DNA from: Felis catus
Lineage: Eukaryota
Direction: 5' to 3'
DNA: 64,000 nucleotides
Assembly (NCBI RefSeq): GCF_018350175.1
Contig: NC_058382.1
Location: 55,492,001 to 55,556,000 of the forward strand
A program made the translations under genes and the position numbers. How positions within the stretch are numbered: the first letter of the stretch is position 1; the number at the start of each line of letters is the position of its first letter. This document shows, one piece after another, positions 25,536 through 39,850 of this stretch. Below the pieces are notes generated by a model. It had not been told where the DNA came from. It made no database searches and saw only the letters and a program-made list of their open reading frames with translations.

Positions 25536-27194
25536 TTCTTTTTCTCTTTTAAGTTCTTTGGTTACCCTCAGTACATTGAAGGGGCACAGTACACTGGAGC
25601 ACAGTGCACTGAAGGGGGCCAACATGAATGGAGGATCAGCTCAGTCGGAGCAAGCAATGCTGTCGACCTTTTGTGACCTTCACACAGCCATCTCCTTTGG
25701 GCTGACATACTGTTTTCCTAACAAAAATGCTAAATTTAGGTGTCTTAAAAATGAACTTCCCTCCTTTTTTTAAAGTCTTGAGCACAGAATCGTGCAATAG
25801 CAGCTGAAATTTAGAAGACTGAACATATGTGAATTGGGATTCATGTTGTGATAAATGAAACGAAAAATTAATTTGATGTATATTTCAGTTATATTTAATT
25901 TTTCTGCTAGGTGATTATTAAACATAGATGTTAATTCATGTAAATCACCAGGGTTACAGTTTATAGGTGCCTTATAAAATGAATGCAGTTGGATAATGAT
26001 TAAGCCTATAGGGAGGTCTTACCACCATTAGAAAATCATTTTCAATTAACTTCACTCCCGAATAAGTTGCTACCATCCCTGGCCTTACCAGGTACAGTTG
26101 CTGACATAATAGTATCTCCCTTTACTGTGAGCGTAATTCTTTGAATGTTGTGGTTTCATCAGATTTGTCATCGGACCTGTTAGGGACCAAACCATGAATG
26201 TAGAGGATGGGGGCTCAGTTAAGGGTGACACTAGGCGGTCAGGGCTTTCCGTCTAAGCAAAGCAAACTGTGAATGAACTGAACAGATGGCCTGTTCAGAG
26301 AGACCCTTAGGAAAGTCCCCAGGTGAGTCCTTAGCCCTTGACATCTTACGTAGTGATCTCTTCATCTCTTGGTAATAAATAAAGTAATAAACTGTGATCA
26401 CTGTTTTTAATCAAAGAACTAAGACCTATTTTCTGGTAGACAGGCTACATCTACATTGAGGAGGAAAATAAGAAATATCTACAGAAAGCTTTAAAAATAC
26501 TTGTGTAATGCCTATTAGTTTACAACACCTGCCTGCCAGCACTTTTTAGTTGCTACATCTGTAGAGAGAGAATGGCAAGGAATCTGTTCTTTCCTGTTAA
26601 ATATAAGACAGAACAAAGATGTAACAGGATGTTGCTATGTGTTTCTGATTTCTGCCCATAAACAAGTAAAACCTTTTTTAGGATTCTGTCTGTTTGCTGC
26701 TTGCTTCCTCCAACTCATTCCTACAGAAACTCACCAGTAGGGGTGAAACTCCTTTCCGCTCTCCACTCCCTAATTGAACACTGCAAGCTTGGGATGATAA
26801 AAGAAAAAAAAAAAATCTCACCTTTAGTCAGAATGCTGGAAGTGGTATGATTAATATTGAGATATTTTTGGCATTGGATTTTATAGGAAATAAAAAGTGC
26901 ATGATATCCTTTTATGAGTCTCTATCTCCTGGCATCCTGAAATTTCCTCCCCATCACAATATAAAGAATTAAAGTACAGTTTTATGTTGGAGATGAGAGA
27001 CATCCCTAATTTTGGAGAATCCTAGGACAAGACCTACAAGTTCTGTCTTTAATGGCCTTCATAAGGCCCGCAGCCCTCAGATTAATGTTGAATCACTAGC
27101 TCTTTTGGGGAGTAAGAATGTGAATATTGGTGAAGCCACAATGGTTGTGTAGCTATTGTGCCAGACTCTATAAGCTTGATTGCTTTTATGTATC

Positions 27195-27398
27195 TTTTTT
27201 TTTTTTAAGTTTATTTATTTTGAGAGAGAGTGAGTGTGAGTGGTGTAGGGACAGAGAGAGAGGGAGAGAGAGAATCCCAAGCAGGCTCTGTGCTGTCAGT
27301 GCTGAGCTGACCTGGGGCTCGATCTCATAACCATGAGATCATGACTTGAGCTGGTATCAGTAGGTGGATGCTTAACCAACTGAGCCACCCAGGCACCC
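27195..27398 (-). mobile_element. Can-SINE
   Basis: TSD TGCTTTTATGTATCT. Confidence 0.93.
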
Positions 27399-27486
27399 TG
27401 CTTTTATGTATCTAATAAAAAGTGAAATAATGCAGTCTTTTTGAAAATTGTTGTATGTTTCATTTGTATTAAGGACTACCAAGAAA

Positions 27487-27488
<2 letters not shown>

Positions 27489-27573
<85 letters not shown>
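27489..27573. repeat. Compound microsatellite (TG)n(AG)n
   Basis: Directly visible. Confidence 0.98.
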
Positions 27574-27578
<5 letters not shown>

Positions 27579-27651
27579 TAGGGCAGAGCTGTGGTCACTT
27601 CGTCAGCCCCTCTGTCCTTTGGGAACAGCTCCTTCAAGTGCTGAAAAAAAA

Positions 27652-27857
27652 TTTTTTTTTAAGTTTATTTATTTTGACAGAGAGCATGAAGGGGGGGGGT
27701 GGTGGGAGAGAGAGACAGAGAGAGAATCCCAAGCAGGTTCTGTGCTGCCAGTGCAGTACAGAGTCTGATGCAGGGCTTGATCCTGTGAACTGTGCGATCG
27801 TGACCTGAGCCAAAACCAAGAGTAGGATGCTTCACTGATTGAGCCATCCAGTCGCCC
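27652..27857 (-). mobile_element. Can-SINE
   Basis: TSD AGTGCTGAAAA. Confidence 0.9.
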
Positions 27858-28224
27858 TGTCAGTGCTGAAAGCTTTTAAGTTCTGTTTCATTTTAATAAG
27901 GGAGTTGTAGTTCTAATGTAACACACACAGCCCTATCTAATTATATAATAGATCACATTTGTTTTGACATTTAAGGTATTCTTAACATGTTTTGCAAGCA
28001 TTTTTTGGTCCAGTTTCTACCATATATTGTGAGTCCTTTGCGTGAACATATTTTCTATATTCTAATTCTTTGTATTCTTGTATGTGACACCCACTGCAGA
28101 TTGCAGGGATTCAGTAAATCCTGGTAACTTGCCAGTTTTAACTAGTAGATAAGATAGTTCTTTCAAGGTTACAAAAAACTTTAGCAATTAACAGCAGAAG
28201 TGGTCTTAAGCTCTTTTCTTTCTT

Positions 28225-28490
28225 TTTTAATGAAGATATTTTTATAGGGGTATATTACAGACATATAACAATATATTAGTTTTAGGCATACAACATAATG
28301 ATTTGATGTTCATACATATTGTAAAATAATCACAATAAGACTAGTTAACATCCATCACCATACATACTTATAGGTTTTTGGTTTTGTTTTGAGGGTTTTT
28401 GTTGTTGTTATGAGAACTTTTAAGATTTACTCTTTTTAGCATTTTAAAGTATGCAATACATTATTAAGTAGTATTATTAGAGTCAGTATT
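28225..28490 (-). mobile_element. L1MA-like 3' end
   Basis: ATACAACATAATGATTTGAT and CTAGTTAACATCCATCACC motifs. Confidence 0.7.
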
Positions 28491-28584
28491 TAAGCTCTTA
28501 AGGAATACATTTAGGGAAAGATGTGTATACATTTCTGTTGATTTGGTAGCATTCTTCCTATGATTTCCACTTCTTCTTAAAAAC

Positions 28585-28824
28585 TTATTTTTCTGTTTAA
28601 ACTTACTTATTTTAGAGAGAGAGAGTGAAACAGGGGAAGGGCAGAGAGGGTGGGAGGGAGAGAGAGAGAGAGAGAGACAGAGAGAGAGGGAGAATCTTAA
28701 GCAGGCTCCACACTCATCAGCTCAGCACAGAGCCTGACACAGGGCTGGATCCCGTGACTCTGGGACATGAACTGAACCCAAATCGAAAGTCAGATGCTCA
28801 ACTGACTGAGCCACCCAGGTGCCC
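28585..28824 (-). mobile_element. Can-SINE
   Basis: Head at 28824, long AG tract. Confidence 0.9.
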
Positions 28825-28852
28825 TGATTTACACTTCTTAAAGAAAGTGATA

Positions 28853-29068
28853 GGGACACCTGAGTGGCTCAGTCTGTTAAGTGTCTGGCTCTTGATTTTG
28901 GCTCAGGTCATGATCTGGGGGCTCATGAGTTCCAGCCCCAGGGCTTGGGCTGACAGCGTGGAAACTGCTTGGAATTCTGTCTCTCCCTCTCTCTGCCCTT
29001 CCCCAGCTCACGTGCTTTCTCTCTCTCTCAAAATAAATAAATAAACTTTAAAAAAATGGTTAAAAAAA
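28853..29068 (+). mobile_element. Can-SINE
   Basis: Head at 28853, A tail. Confidence 0.9.
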
Positions 29069-30749
29069 GGTAACAATAGATATAATTTAAGTACTTTAGC
29101 TACTGTCATTGTCTAATCTATTAAGCACATAATTGCTCCGTGTATGCTTTTAAAAATACATCCTGTTTGACCATATCTTACTTCATATTTATTTTGTTTT
29201 TGAACAACCTTTCATTGTTAGTTCAAATGATAGTTTTCCTGCCCAGTCAAGTAGATGTTAAGTACTGGAGGGAGGCTGGGTCTCTGGAGTATCAAGATTT
29301 CTCTTTTCCGTTGGCTCCTTTGATCCATTGTTTGCCTTCTATCTCTAGAGTACCCACCTGACCCACAATTAGCATTTGATAGCAACCGTGGGACCATAGT
29401 TTCAGAGATATTTAGCGACCCAAGGCTGCAGCTGAAGCAAGAAGTAAACACACCAAAAATAGATAGATCTGCCTTGGTTAATGAAGATCACAGATGGAAA
29501 TACTTTTTTTTTCTTTCTTGTGGACATGGTGGGATTTTAGAACCGATGCTATTAATCAATCTGTCCTAAAACAGAAACAGTTGCAAATATGTAATATAGA
29601 GTATCAGTGGAATAGAAAACAAACCTTTAACTAAGCCTGATTTTTTTTGAAGTTGGAAAATGTTGCCAGCCTGTTTTTTATGTAATTGAAAATGTTTAGA
29701 AGCTTTCCTGAAGGGTTGATTAATATATCGGAATCAAAAAAGGCAATTTTGGGTCTAATTTTGTTTGTTTACTGTGTAGTACAGGATTCTTGGCTTTGAA
29801 ATTCTGCCATGCAGGGTGAAAAATGACTGTCAGTGTGAAACAAAGTAGTCTATTGAAAAGAACATTGTGTCTAATAGGGAACAGCTGATACCAGCCCAGT
29901 GCATGCTCTCTGGAATTACAATATCTCAATCAGTCTGATTGGTGCCTGTGGATAAAGGAGAGTCCACATTTGGCCAACTGTGGCAGAGGTTGGGGGTAGG
30001 GAGGTAGTCTCCCCACCCACCCCCACCTCTTGCTGCAAGAATCCCACTATGGGTAGTTGATGGGGAGGCACTCTGGTCTAGGCTGGAGGAATAGGATAGT
30101 TTGGGACCTTGAAAGGCTGCATAAACTGCAGTATCCCCACAAAGGTCGACATGACATTGTGAGGGATGGGTTGCATAGTTTCTGTAGGAGGGCCTGGAAT
30201 TTTACTCTGGTCCCAGAAGCTTTTCTGAGGACATCTTGATATTCTGAATCTGAATTAACTAAAATGGGTAGCTGTATTTTGGTACTCAGCTTTTGGAGGA
30301 AGAGGGTATGGTTCAAGAAAACTGGTAGAAAAATAATGAGTGAACTCTTAACTAAGAGTTTCTGCCTATTTGGTTAAAACAGCACTACTCAAAAAAAAAA
30401 AAAAACCAAAAAAAACAAAAACAAAACAAAATAAAAACCCAGGAGTACTCAAAGTGACAAAAATGCCTTTCCTAGAGTGATTTTACATCCTGACTTTCTC
30501 AGGCAAGTGCCAATTTCAAATATTTTCCCATTATTTCAATCATTGACATCTTGCAGAAACTCCATATTTTTGTGGCTAATAGTACTATGCTTGCTGGATG
30601 GTATTTCAAACTCAAAAGCAACACGGAAGTGTTTTTTACGATCTCAGGTCTTGGTTTGGGGTTCAGAAAATAAGGTCACTGTATGAGGTTGGACTGAAAA
30701 TCAATCCACACCAAAGGGGTGTTTCTTATGCCTTTGGGTAGATACTAAA

Positions 30750-33340
30750 GTATCTGGGCCAGGTTGTCACACAGCCGCTGCTTGAGTATCTCCCCTGATA
30801 GATTGGGAGCTCATAGCTCAGAAGGCATCTAATTATAAGTAAGCATTGCATCTGTAGCCAGACCTGTTTCCTATAACCTTACTCCTCAGGGCCAACAGAT
30901 AATATCCTCCCTCTGGTTTTGTTGAGATGGTTCTTCAGATATACAGGGAGCTACTTTAACCCCCGACCTGCCCCCCCCCCCTCCCGCTCCCCCACCAGTC
31001 AATCCTCTTTCAGACCAAGTTTCACCATACCCTTTAATCTTTTCATTTATAACAAGATTATCACTACCCTAGGGCTTTAACACTACTTTGGCTGTGATTT
31101 TCCTGATCTGGGTTGTGCAGAGTAAAACTGGATTCCCACTCCCCTTTAAAAGACTCTGATAATGCAGTTTAACATACTTTTAGTTCATTTGACAACCATA
31201 GCTTAATGTGGGTTCATACTGAGCTTGTGATCCATTGATGCCTCTTGGTCTATTTCAAATAAATGACTGTTTCCTCCTGACCCTCACCCCCACTGCACCT
31301 CCACCATATGTACCTGGGCATTTGATTCTTAAAATTGGCATATGGGACTTTACCTTTATACGTACTATGTATATTTATATTTTGTATTCTGACCTGCCAT
31401 TCAAATCCATCAAATTCATATAAAATCTCGATTTTTCATCAAATGTGCTGTTTTTTTCTGCCAGCTGCAAATTTACAGAGCTTTTCCATGTCTTCATATG
31501 TGTATCATAGTATTGTAAAGAAGCATGCACTTTGTAGTGAGCCAGATCTTGGTTTTTAACCCAGCTTTGTGTACCTGATGCCTGATGTTGGCATGTTACT
31601 TAAACCCCTCAAGCCCAGTTTACTCCTATGAAAATGAAGAAGACAGTACTTTCTTTAGGTTTGTTGTGAGCATTTATAATAACACAAGTGTCTATCACGT
31701 AGTAGGTGATGGTGTTAGTAATAATAAATGTTTTATTGACATGGACTCAGAATCGATTCTCTTATTTTCTTTATCCTTATCTGGGTCAGAGTTAATATTT
31801 TGGATAGGGCCAAGGACAGGGTTGTGTAGCCTCTAGATACCATTCTCCATGTTGACATCCATTGATTAGACAAATATTATTGAGTGATACATATTTATTG
31901 AGCTCAACTATGTTTATGTACTATTCTAGTGATTAGGGTCACAGTGGCAAAAAAAAAAAAAAAAATATGGTAAAGTCCCTGTCCTTATGAAGCTAGCATT
32001 CAAAAGGACAGGGCTACCACATAATGTAGGGACATCATTCACAGAGAATTTCTTGGCTATGCAACAGGAAAAAACAGACATACGGAGATACACACACATA
32101 TGTATCATACATAGTATATATAATACAATATTTAGATAATGGTAAGAGCGAAAGTATATAATATGTTATCAGAGAATGGCAAGAACTGTGTAGAAAGATA
32201 AAACAAGGGACTCAGAGTTTAATAGAGGGCAAATGCTATCTTATATCAGATAGGTTGGAAAAAACCTCTCTGAGAAGGCAACACTGGGGAGAGTCCTTGT
32301 GGAGGGAGGAAGTGAGCTATGCATGAAGGGAAAGGTTCTAGTCACAAGGGCATCGATTCATTAATTCAAGTGTTTTTGGTATGAATGGTCAACCAGGTAT
32401 TTATTTCTTTAAACATACTGTCTTATCCACCAGGTCCCAAGAATATTAAGATTTTTTTTTTCTAAATATGCTTGCCCTTATTCATATAAATGTCAGATGG
32501 GTCTGACATTGTTTGGGGGCTATGGGGAGGCACAGCATTTGTATTTCCTTGTCCATATGAAGGCTTCTCTGCCTCTGGTGTTTCTCTCTGAGTAACTGTG
32601 CAAGTTCATAAGGTGTAAAGCAAAGAGGACCCATCAGTCATCCCGATCCTCTGAATTGACCCTTGTGGTGCGCAGCGTGACAGAAGCCTCATCCAGGTTG
32701 CTCTCACATCCCTAGCTATGGGTGCAGCACCCCACGTTCACCTGTCCTTACACCTGTGAAAAAGAGGCATGTAGGATCTTTATTATTTCCCCCCAGTGAA
32801 TCTATCCTGGTTCCTCATGATCACAACTTCATTTTCTAAGGACTCACACATCATCTGTGTCACCATTTTAGAATATTACCATGTTTCACAATCAAGCTTG
32901 CACGTCTATAGATCACAGAATAACACTTTTCTCTCCTCATTTTGAGAAACTGGAATACTATTTTTCTAACCCCATTGCCCCCAGTACCTTTTCTCTTCTC
33001 TATGATTTCTTAAAGATTACTGACAGGGACTCTTAGATTACATCTGCAAAGTCTCTCCCACACTCTGGGATGTAATTTGTTTAGGCCTGGAGACTTGAAC
33101 TCATTTAAAACAGCAAGATGGTCTCCTGCTATCACTTTAGTTATCTCATACTTCAGTTTCTTCTAAACTACATTTATTCAGCCCTCCTGAGCTTAAAGAT
33201 CATTCTCCTTGATACCAAAGATGGAAATACAACAGAAGTTGTGATCTATGACTTTCTCTTTGTTGTTTGTTAATGTTATATCATCTGTCCCAAGAAGTGA
33301 GTGTGTTTTTAAGGTTCATCTCTTTTACTTTGATTGTAGC
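30750..33340 (-). mobile_element. Fragmented ancient CR1/L3 LINE, interrupted by MIR/L2 pieces
   Basis: The minus strand at ~32980-33108 reads LNEFKSPGLNKLHPRVW../ADVI*ESLSVIFKKS, matching the KSPGPDxxHPRVL motif upstream of CR1 RT. The extent outside this core is inferred. Confidence 0.6.
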
Positions 33341-34791
33341 TGATAAAGGGTGTGTGTGCTTCCAGGTTTGTGGATGAAAGCCTTAAGCGTGTTTCACATA
33401 GGCATATTTCACAAGAGGACATTGAGGGATTACCCTTCTATCATGTTATTTCAGTTTAATACTCCTGTGCACATTTTTCTCTTGTCTAGTATGCAGTTGT
33501 AAGTGAGGGCTCGAGCCACAACCAAGGGCAAATCCTGGCTGTTGCACTTACTATAGCAGCGAAACCACGGACAGGTCCGTTAGCCTCTCTGCATCTGAGT
33601 TGCCTTGTCTGTAAAGTGGAGATAATAATGCTTACCTGGTAGAATTTGAGCGTAAACGATTTAATACAAGGGGCTTAGAATAGTATCTGGCACACCTTCA
33701 CCATCATCATTTCTAATGTATTCCCATCATCTTTCAAATATATTTTAAAAATTCTGACCTAATCAGAGAGTTCCTCATGAGCCACAGTTTGTCCTGTGGT
33801 TAGGGCACATTCAATCCAATTTTTCATATGTTGTATCTCTTTGTGTACCCCATGTCAAACAGTGAGAATTGGTATAGACAGTGATGATGTGAGGCTCTCA
33901 AAGACCACGAATTAACAAAGAAAGATTAAATTACATTTAGTGTACTTATGGCAGGAGCAAAATAAATGGACGCATTTTTATAAAGACTCCAATTTGAGTC
34001 TGGTTTAAAATAAAAAAGAACTTTCTTCTCAATCAGAGAATCCAAGTAGCCAGTGCACCCATTTCCAAGCCTTCTGGCTTAGTTTGAATGATAAAGGAAG
34101 ACTTATCCCAGATGAGGCCAAACAAATCTGTAATACCTCATGGGAATTGTAAAATATTATTTCATAGCAGTGTGAAAAGGTAAATTTGCAATCACCAAGG
34201 GAACCCTGAGCCTCTCAGATCTTTGGACCATATTAGGGCCTTTGGAATCTTTGATAGAAGTTGGTTGGTTGCTGTATGGGAGGATTCTTTATCCTCCTGC
34301 CTTTATGTTTTCAAAATGGATTTTCTTTGGCACGACAACCATTGCATTCTTGGCCTTCTCTGATTGGAGAAAGAACTAACATACTTAGGCTTTTCTTCCT
34401 TGGAGCTCTCCTTTCTATAGGATACTGACTCCTGGTAGAAACTTATAGAAGCAGCCACTGCTTGGGTGGGGGAGGTCCTACAGTAGTGCAGTGAGGACTA
34501 TGATTGGTGGGTCAGTCTGCCTAACTGAGAAGCAGTATTAGCAAGTCTCTTCTGTCCAGACCTCAAGCCAAATTCTCTAATTAGTTTTATCAGTAATAAT
34601 AATAAAGCTGACACTTTGATTTCTGTTTGTCTCCTCTGTCTTGTTTCTCAAGAGATTCTTAAGAAGAGGCAAGAAGGATGTTATTTATTGATTCTTTCAT
34701 ATCTCAAACAATACAAACAGTAAGAGTGAAGGTAAGCAATATTCGTTAGCTCCCTTCTTTACATGTAACCAAGGTGTGAGCCAAAACAGTC

Positions 34792-35010
34792 TTTTTTTTT
34801 TTAATTTTTTTTAATGTTTATTTTTGAGACAGAGAAAGACAGAGCATGAGCAGAAGAGAGTAGAGAGAGAGAGGGAGACACAGAATCAGAAGCAGGCTCC
34901 AGGCTCCGAGCTGGTAGCCAGAGCCCGATGCAGGGCTCCAACTCATGAGCCGGAGATCATGACCTGAGCCGAAGTCGGACACCCAGCTGACTGAGCCACC
35001 CAGGTATCCC
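34792..35010 (-). mobile_element. Can-SINE
   Basis: TSD CCAA(A/G)ACAGTCTTT. Confidence 0.92.
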
Positions 35011-35889
35011 TGAACCAAGACAGTCTTTAGGCAACCTCTAGAAAAATTATCTGATTGACTTCCCCCTGGGTAAATCTGCCCTTATTTTTGTCTTTCATTG
35101 GGGTCAAACAAATAAATAAATCTGGAAACTCATGATGGAAAAAGAGCTATTGGCAGCAACTAGGTGGAGGGAAAAGCTAGAAAGAATTGATTGGAAAATG
35201 ACTCTCAGGATTGGGGCGGACCTCCTGTTATTTAGAATAGAAAGTAGCAGAGTGTCAGTGCCCTGGGGCCAACGGGAAGTTTGAGCAAGATCAAGAGCAC
35301 AGGTAATATAGGTGCAGAGAAGCTAGGATGAGAAATTTCTTAAAATTGTTGTCTTGTACAACAATCCATGCTGTTCCCAGATACGTTTGTAGTTCCCCCT
35401 TAACAGCTGCATACCACATTTTATTCTTGCTGAGCCAGAGAGAGCTATGGAGTCAACTAGAAGGTAGAAAGAAAGCAAAATGTGGCCTGGATGTATAGGA
35501 GATGAGACATAGATATAGATGTTGAGAACCCCAAAAGTAGAACCAGGTTTAGAAACTGGTTAATGAGCACAATTGGAACAGATTAGCTAGAAGAGAAGAC
35601 GTGCCAGGCAGGACCTTCCAGGAGTAGAAGGAAATGAGCAAAGGAGAAATTAGAGTTCTCAAGCTGAAGAGCCAAGGAGAACTCTGGGGAACCACAAAGT
35701 TAATACCAGGAAAGCTTGAAGATAGTAAGTACTCTTTGGGATTCGGATGGAAGATTGGTTTTCTGAGGGACCAAATACCAGAGTGGACTCTAAATCCAAA
35801 ATTCATGAAATACTTACTCATTGATTGCTCTGTGACCGTCACAGTACTGGGCACTCGTGAATGAACAGTAGGCAATATGACCTACTCTT

Positions 35890-36120
35890 TTTCCTTTTTT
35901 TTTTTTTTTTTTGACTCACTTCTTGCTTTTTTTATTTTTGAGAGAAAGTGAGAGAAAGTGCATGAGTGGGAGGGAGGGGCAGAAGGAGAGAGAGAATCTT
36001 AAGCAGGCTCCATACGGAGTATGGAGCCCGACGTGGGGCTTAGTCCCATGACCCTGGGATCATTACCTGAGCTGAAATCAAGAATTGGTCTCTCAACCCA
36101 CTGAGCCACCCAGGCTCCCC
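35890..36120 (-). mobile_element. Can-SINE
   Basis: TSD ATATGACCTACTCTT. Confidence 0.92.
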
Positions 36121-36424
36121 TGTGATATGACCTACTCTTGCTCACATGGGGCTTACAATCTAAGGGGAGGTAGAGCCAATTAAAAAGAAAAAGTCGCAGG
36201 TGCTACCTGGTGCAGGGCCCATGGCAATACAGAGGCTGTACCTGACCTAGCAGCTGGGAGTTCCATCCCAACTGAGACCTTCCTGAAGGACAAGTCAGAG
36301 GTAGGCAATCAAGGAAGAGCATTCCAAGCAAAGTGGGTAGGATGTGACAGGGCCTTGGGGTGGCCAAGAAAGAATTAGGCATTCAGAAACCTGCAGGTGG
36401 GTTGAAATCAACCACTCCAGATGC

Positions 36425-36495
36425 TTTTTTTTTCTTTAATGTTTTTTTTATTTTGAGAGTGAGAGAGTGAGCACAAGCCGGGAGAGAGGGAGGAA

Positions 36496-36553
<58 letters not shown>

Positions 36554-36678
36554 CCCAAGCAGGCTCTGTGCTGTCAGCCCTAAGCCTGACATGGGGCTCA
36601 ATCCCATGAACCATGAAATCATGACCTGAGCTGAAACCAAGAGTCGGAGGCTTAACCAACTCAGTCAACAAGGTGCCC
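36425..36678 (-). mobile_element. Can-SINE with expanded (AG)n
   Basis: Head at 36678; pure AG run at ~36500-36550. Confidence 0.92.
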
Positions 36679-38583
36679 TCAGGTACTTTTTGTAGATAAT
36701 CACTTTGCCTGGAGTTTGAATCTGAAGAAAAGATGAAAATGGGCCTTAGCAAGGTCACCAGGTAGAAAATGTCCCTTGGTGTCTGTTCCTTGGGGTGCCA
36801 GCAATAGAACAATAAAAAGTAGCCTTGAGAGGGGCCCAGGTGAGTGGAATGGGTGCTGTGAGGGTCTCTGGAAGCCGAGGCAATGGGCAGGGTGGGGGGG
36901 CAGCATGCTGCCAGATGCAGAAGAAAAGAAGAATACTGCCTAGGAAAGTGGACCTTGTGCATAGCCAGGAGGAAAAAAAAGACAATTTAGTTTTATATGT
37001 TACATTTTAATAATAGTCATTTGTAACTGCATAATAAAATTTGTGAACAAAAGTTCATTTCCAGAAGAATAATCTCTAACTGATATGCAATGCCTCAGTA
37101 GGATTTGGCCAGGTTTTAATTTTAGCTTGAATAAATAATGTAAGATACTAGGCTGGTGAGATAAAAGGAAATCTTCGTACTTTCATCTCTCCATGATGGA
37201 AATAATAACTACTTTATTTCAAAACAAGTTTCCAATTAGTTTCTGTGAAATATTATTATCCCCTTTTTCCAGATACTGTAGCTCATTTTGAAACTTAATT
37301 TTGATAATATATAAACATTTTTTAAACTTACTCTACAGGAATGACAGTTATATTTGGAGAGAGGAACGCTGTTGGGCTGGAACTATATTATTTGGGACTG
37401 TTCTAAATAATAGTAAAAATAACAAAAGAGAATTAGTCAAAATGTAATCTCTTTCATGACTATTCATGACCTGGCATGGATTTCTCTTTAGACCATTTCC
37501 TTTAAGGTTGTTGCATGGACTTTTTTCTTCAAGACTAGTAACATGTCACTTAAGGTTATATACTCTCTTGTCCCCTTTTAAAAAGCGGTATTATTTAAAT
37601 AATCAATGAGCTCATTCAGGAAACACCTGAGTACTAACTGTGTGCCAGACCCTGGGCCAGCTGCTGGGGCTTATGTAGTGAATCTGGTAAATATGACATT
37701 TGCCTTTGTGGTGCTTACTCTAGGGCTACCTGAGAAATTCTGAGGACACTTTGGGGGAGAGGTCTTATAGGAATAAAGACCCATGTTTTAATTTGTATTT
37801 TAAGTCAGGACCTGACCATTATCAATAAATCATTCCAGATGGATAAACTGAGGCACAGATTATTCGGGCTCAACCTGTTAGTAATAAAGCGGTGACTTCA
37901 GTTGAAAAGTTGGTCCCCTGTTGAGTCCTTCACTCCCTAGGCCCCATAAGCTCACTTTCCTACAATTGCCGTGTACTGTTCACTCTGTTTTTCTTCCCTC
38001 AATGTAGAAAGGCAGACTGGTGATACTATTTTTCAGATGAAGAAAACAAGGCAGGGGGAGTTTTACCCAAGGCCACTTATCACTTTTATGGAGGAGCCAG
38101 CATCACAACTCCTACCCTTTGAGTTTCCAGGCCGTTGCCTAGCTACAAAACCTCCCTGCCTCTTCCACTGCACGGCAGCCGAGCAGGCGCTTAATAATCA
38201 TAATTGATGGTGCTGGCTAAAAGGGAGAGCTCAGAGTGATTCTGGGGAGTTTGTTTTTACATACCAATGAATTTTCTTCTTCTTGTGGTCAATAACCTAT
38301 ACCCATTTGTTTTAGATAGCATCCCTGTCTTAGTCCACAATGAAGCTTTCTTATCTACACTGATGATTTCTCTTTTCTCTCTTTCTCAACTATTCTTTCT
38401 GGGGGAATCTAGTTGCTGTTTACAGGTATCACACATTTTAAAGAAATATTTGTCTTAAAACAAAACGAAACAAAACAAAAAACAATGTCTGGCTTCCCAC
38501 AGAAGAGCCTCACTATAGCAGTTTTAAGGAATAGGATGCAGTTCAGTGAAAGTTAAATAAATTCCACCAGAAAGTAACACTTC

Positions 38584-38810
38584 TTTTTTTAAAAAAATTT
38601 TTTTTTAACGTTTATTTATTTTTTTGGGACAGAGAGAGACAGAGCATGAACGGGGGAGGGGCAGAAAGAGAGGGAGACACAGAATCGGAAACAGGCTCCA
38701 GGCTCTGAGCCATCAGCCCAGAGCCTGACGCGGGGCTCGAACTCACAGACCACGAGATCGTGACCTGGCTGAAGTCGGACACTTAACCGACTGAGCCACC
38801 CAGGCGCCCC
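38584..38810 (-). mobile_element. Young SINEC_Fc-type SINE
   Basis: TSD TAACACTTCTT. Confidence 0.96.
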
Positions 38811-39364
38811 ATAACACTTCTTAAAGTATTAGCTCCAATAGTTATTTAACTATGTGAAAAATATTTGAGCACCTGTTTGTTCCAGATACCATCGTGAATA
38901 AAAAGATAACTTTGCTTATCCTTTCAGTGACGATTTATTGAGTGCCCGACATGTGCAAAATACCATGCATATGCTGGGGATTCTGTACTTGTCCTTATGT
39001 TGCAGATAGTCCAGGGAGGAGAGTCAGACAGTCTGAGAGGATCACATGAGTAGATGACTGCAACTTTCACATGTGCCTCAAAGAAGGAGCACATGATGCT
39101 GTGAGTGCCCATTATGGTGGCTTTAGCAGTCAGGGAAAAGTGGTACTCCAGTTGAGTTGTGATGAATAAGCAGAGGGAACTCGACAAATAGGGAAGGAAA
39201 GAGCATTCCAGGCAGAGGAAACACATTCAAAGGCCCTGTGGTGGGTGAGAACATGTGGAGTCCAGGAACTGTAAGACTAGCATGGTTTGAGTAAAATAAG
39301 AGGTTGAGAGGAAGCTGGAAAGGCAGGTAGAGGCCAGACGGTGCATGGTATCAGATGCTTGTAC

Positions 39365-39850
39365 TGTGTTACCTCATGGCCTCAGCCTGCTTTCAGCCAA
39401 GGCTATGTGGATCGTGCCATGCAAGCTCCCACCAATTCTGTGCTGACCTCATTCCAAGTGTGCCTGGGGCTTCGCTGGTCCCCTGGCCTACTTCCCTTAT
39501 AGGAGACCACCGGCAGTCACATGTGAGCAAGTCTCAAGTGCCAGGGAATTAGCACCCACAGGCACCCCCTTCCCCCCCCCCGCCCCAGCCATTGGTGGAT
39601 GAAAGCCTATAGGTGAATGCTTCTCCCCTTTGTCTCTGGGGGCAATTCTGAAATGCATTCCCACACTCCCTCATAAGTTCCCTTTGGATTGATCACAGCT
39701 GCTCACAGGGTGGTCCACTTGCTCATTCATTTCCTCCCTTTCCCTAAACCATGACTCCTGTTCCTTGGGGTCACTTCCCAAATGAAAAAGCACAGGCAAA
39801 CTTTTGTGTTCTGTTTTTTGGGTGGGGGGGGGGGAGCCAGAGAAAGATGC
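39365..39850 (+). mobile_element. ERVL LTR (LTR16-like)
   Basis: CTTCTCCCCTTTG...GGCAATTCTG...CCTTGGGGTCACTTCCCAAAT motifs. Confidence 0.55.

Noticed and set aside
25571..25620. Three CAGT(A/G)CA(C/T)TG copies
   Set aside because: Small local duplication with no further evidence of function.
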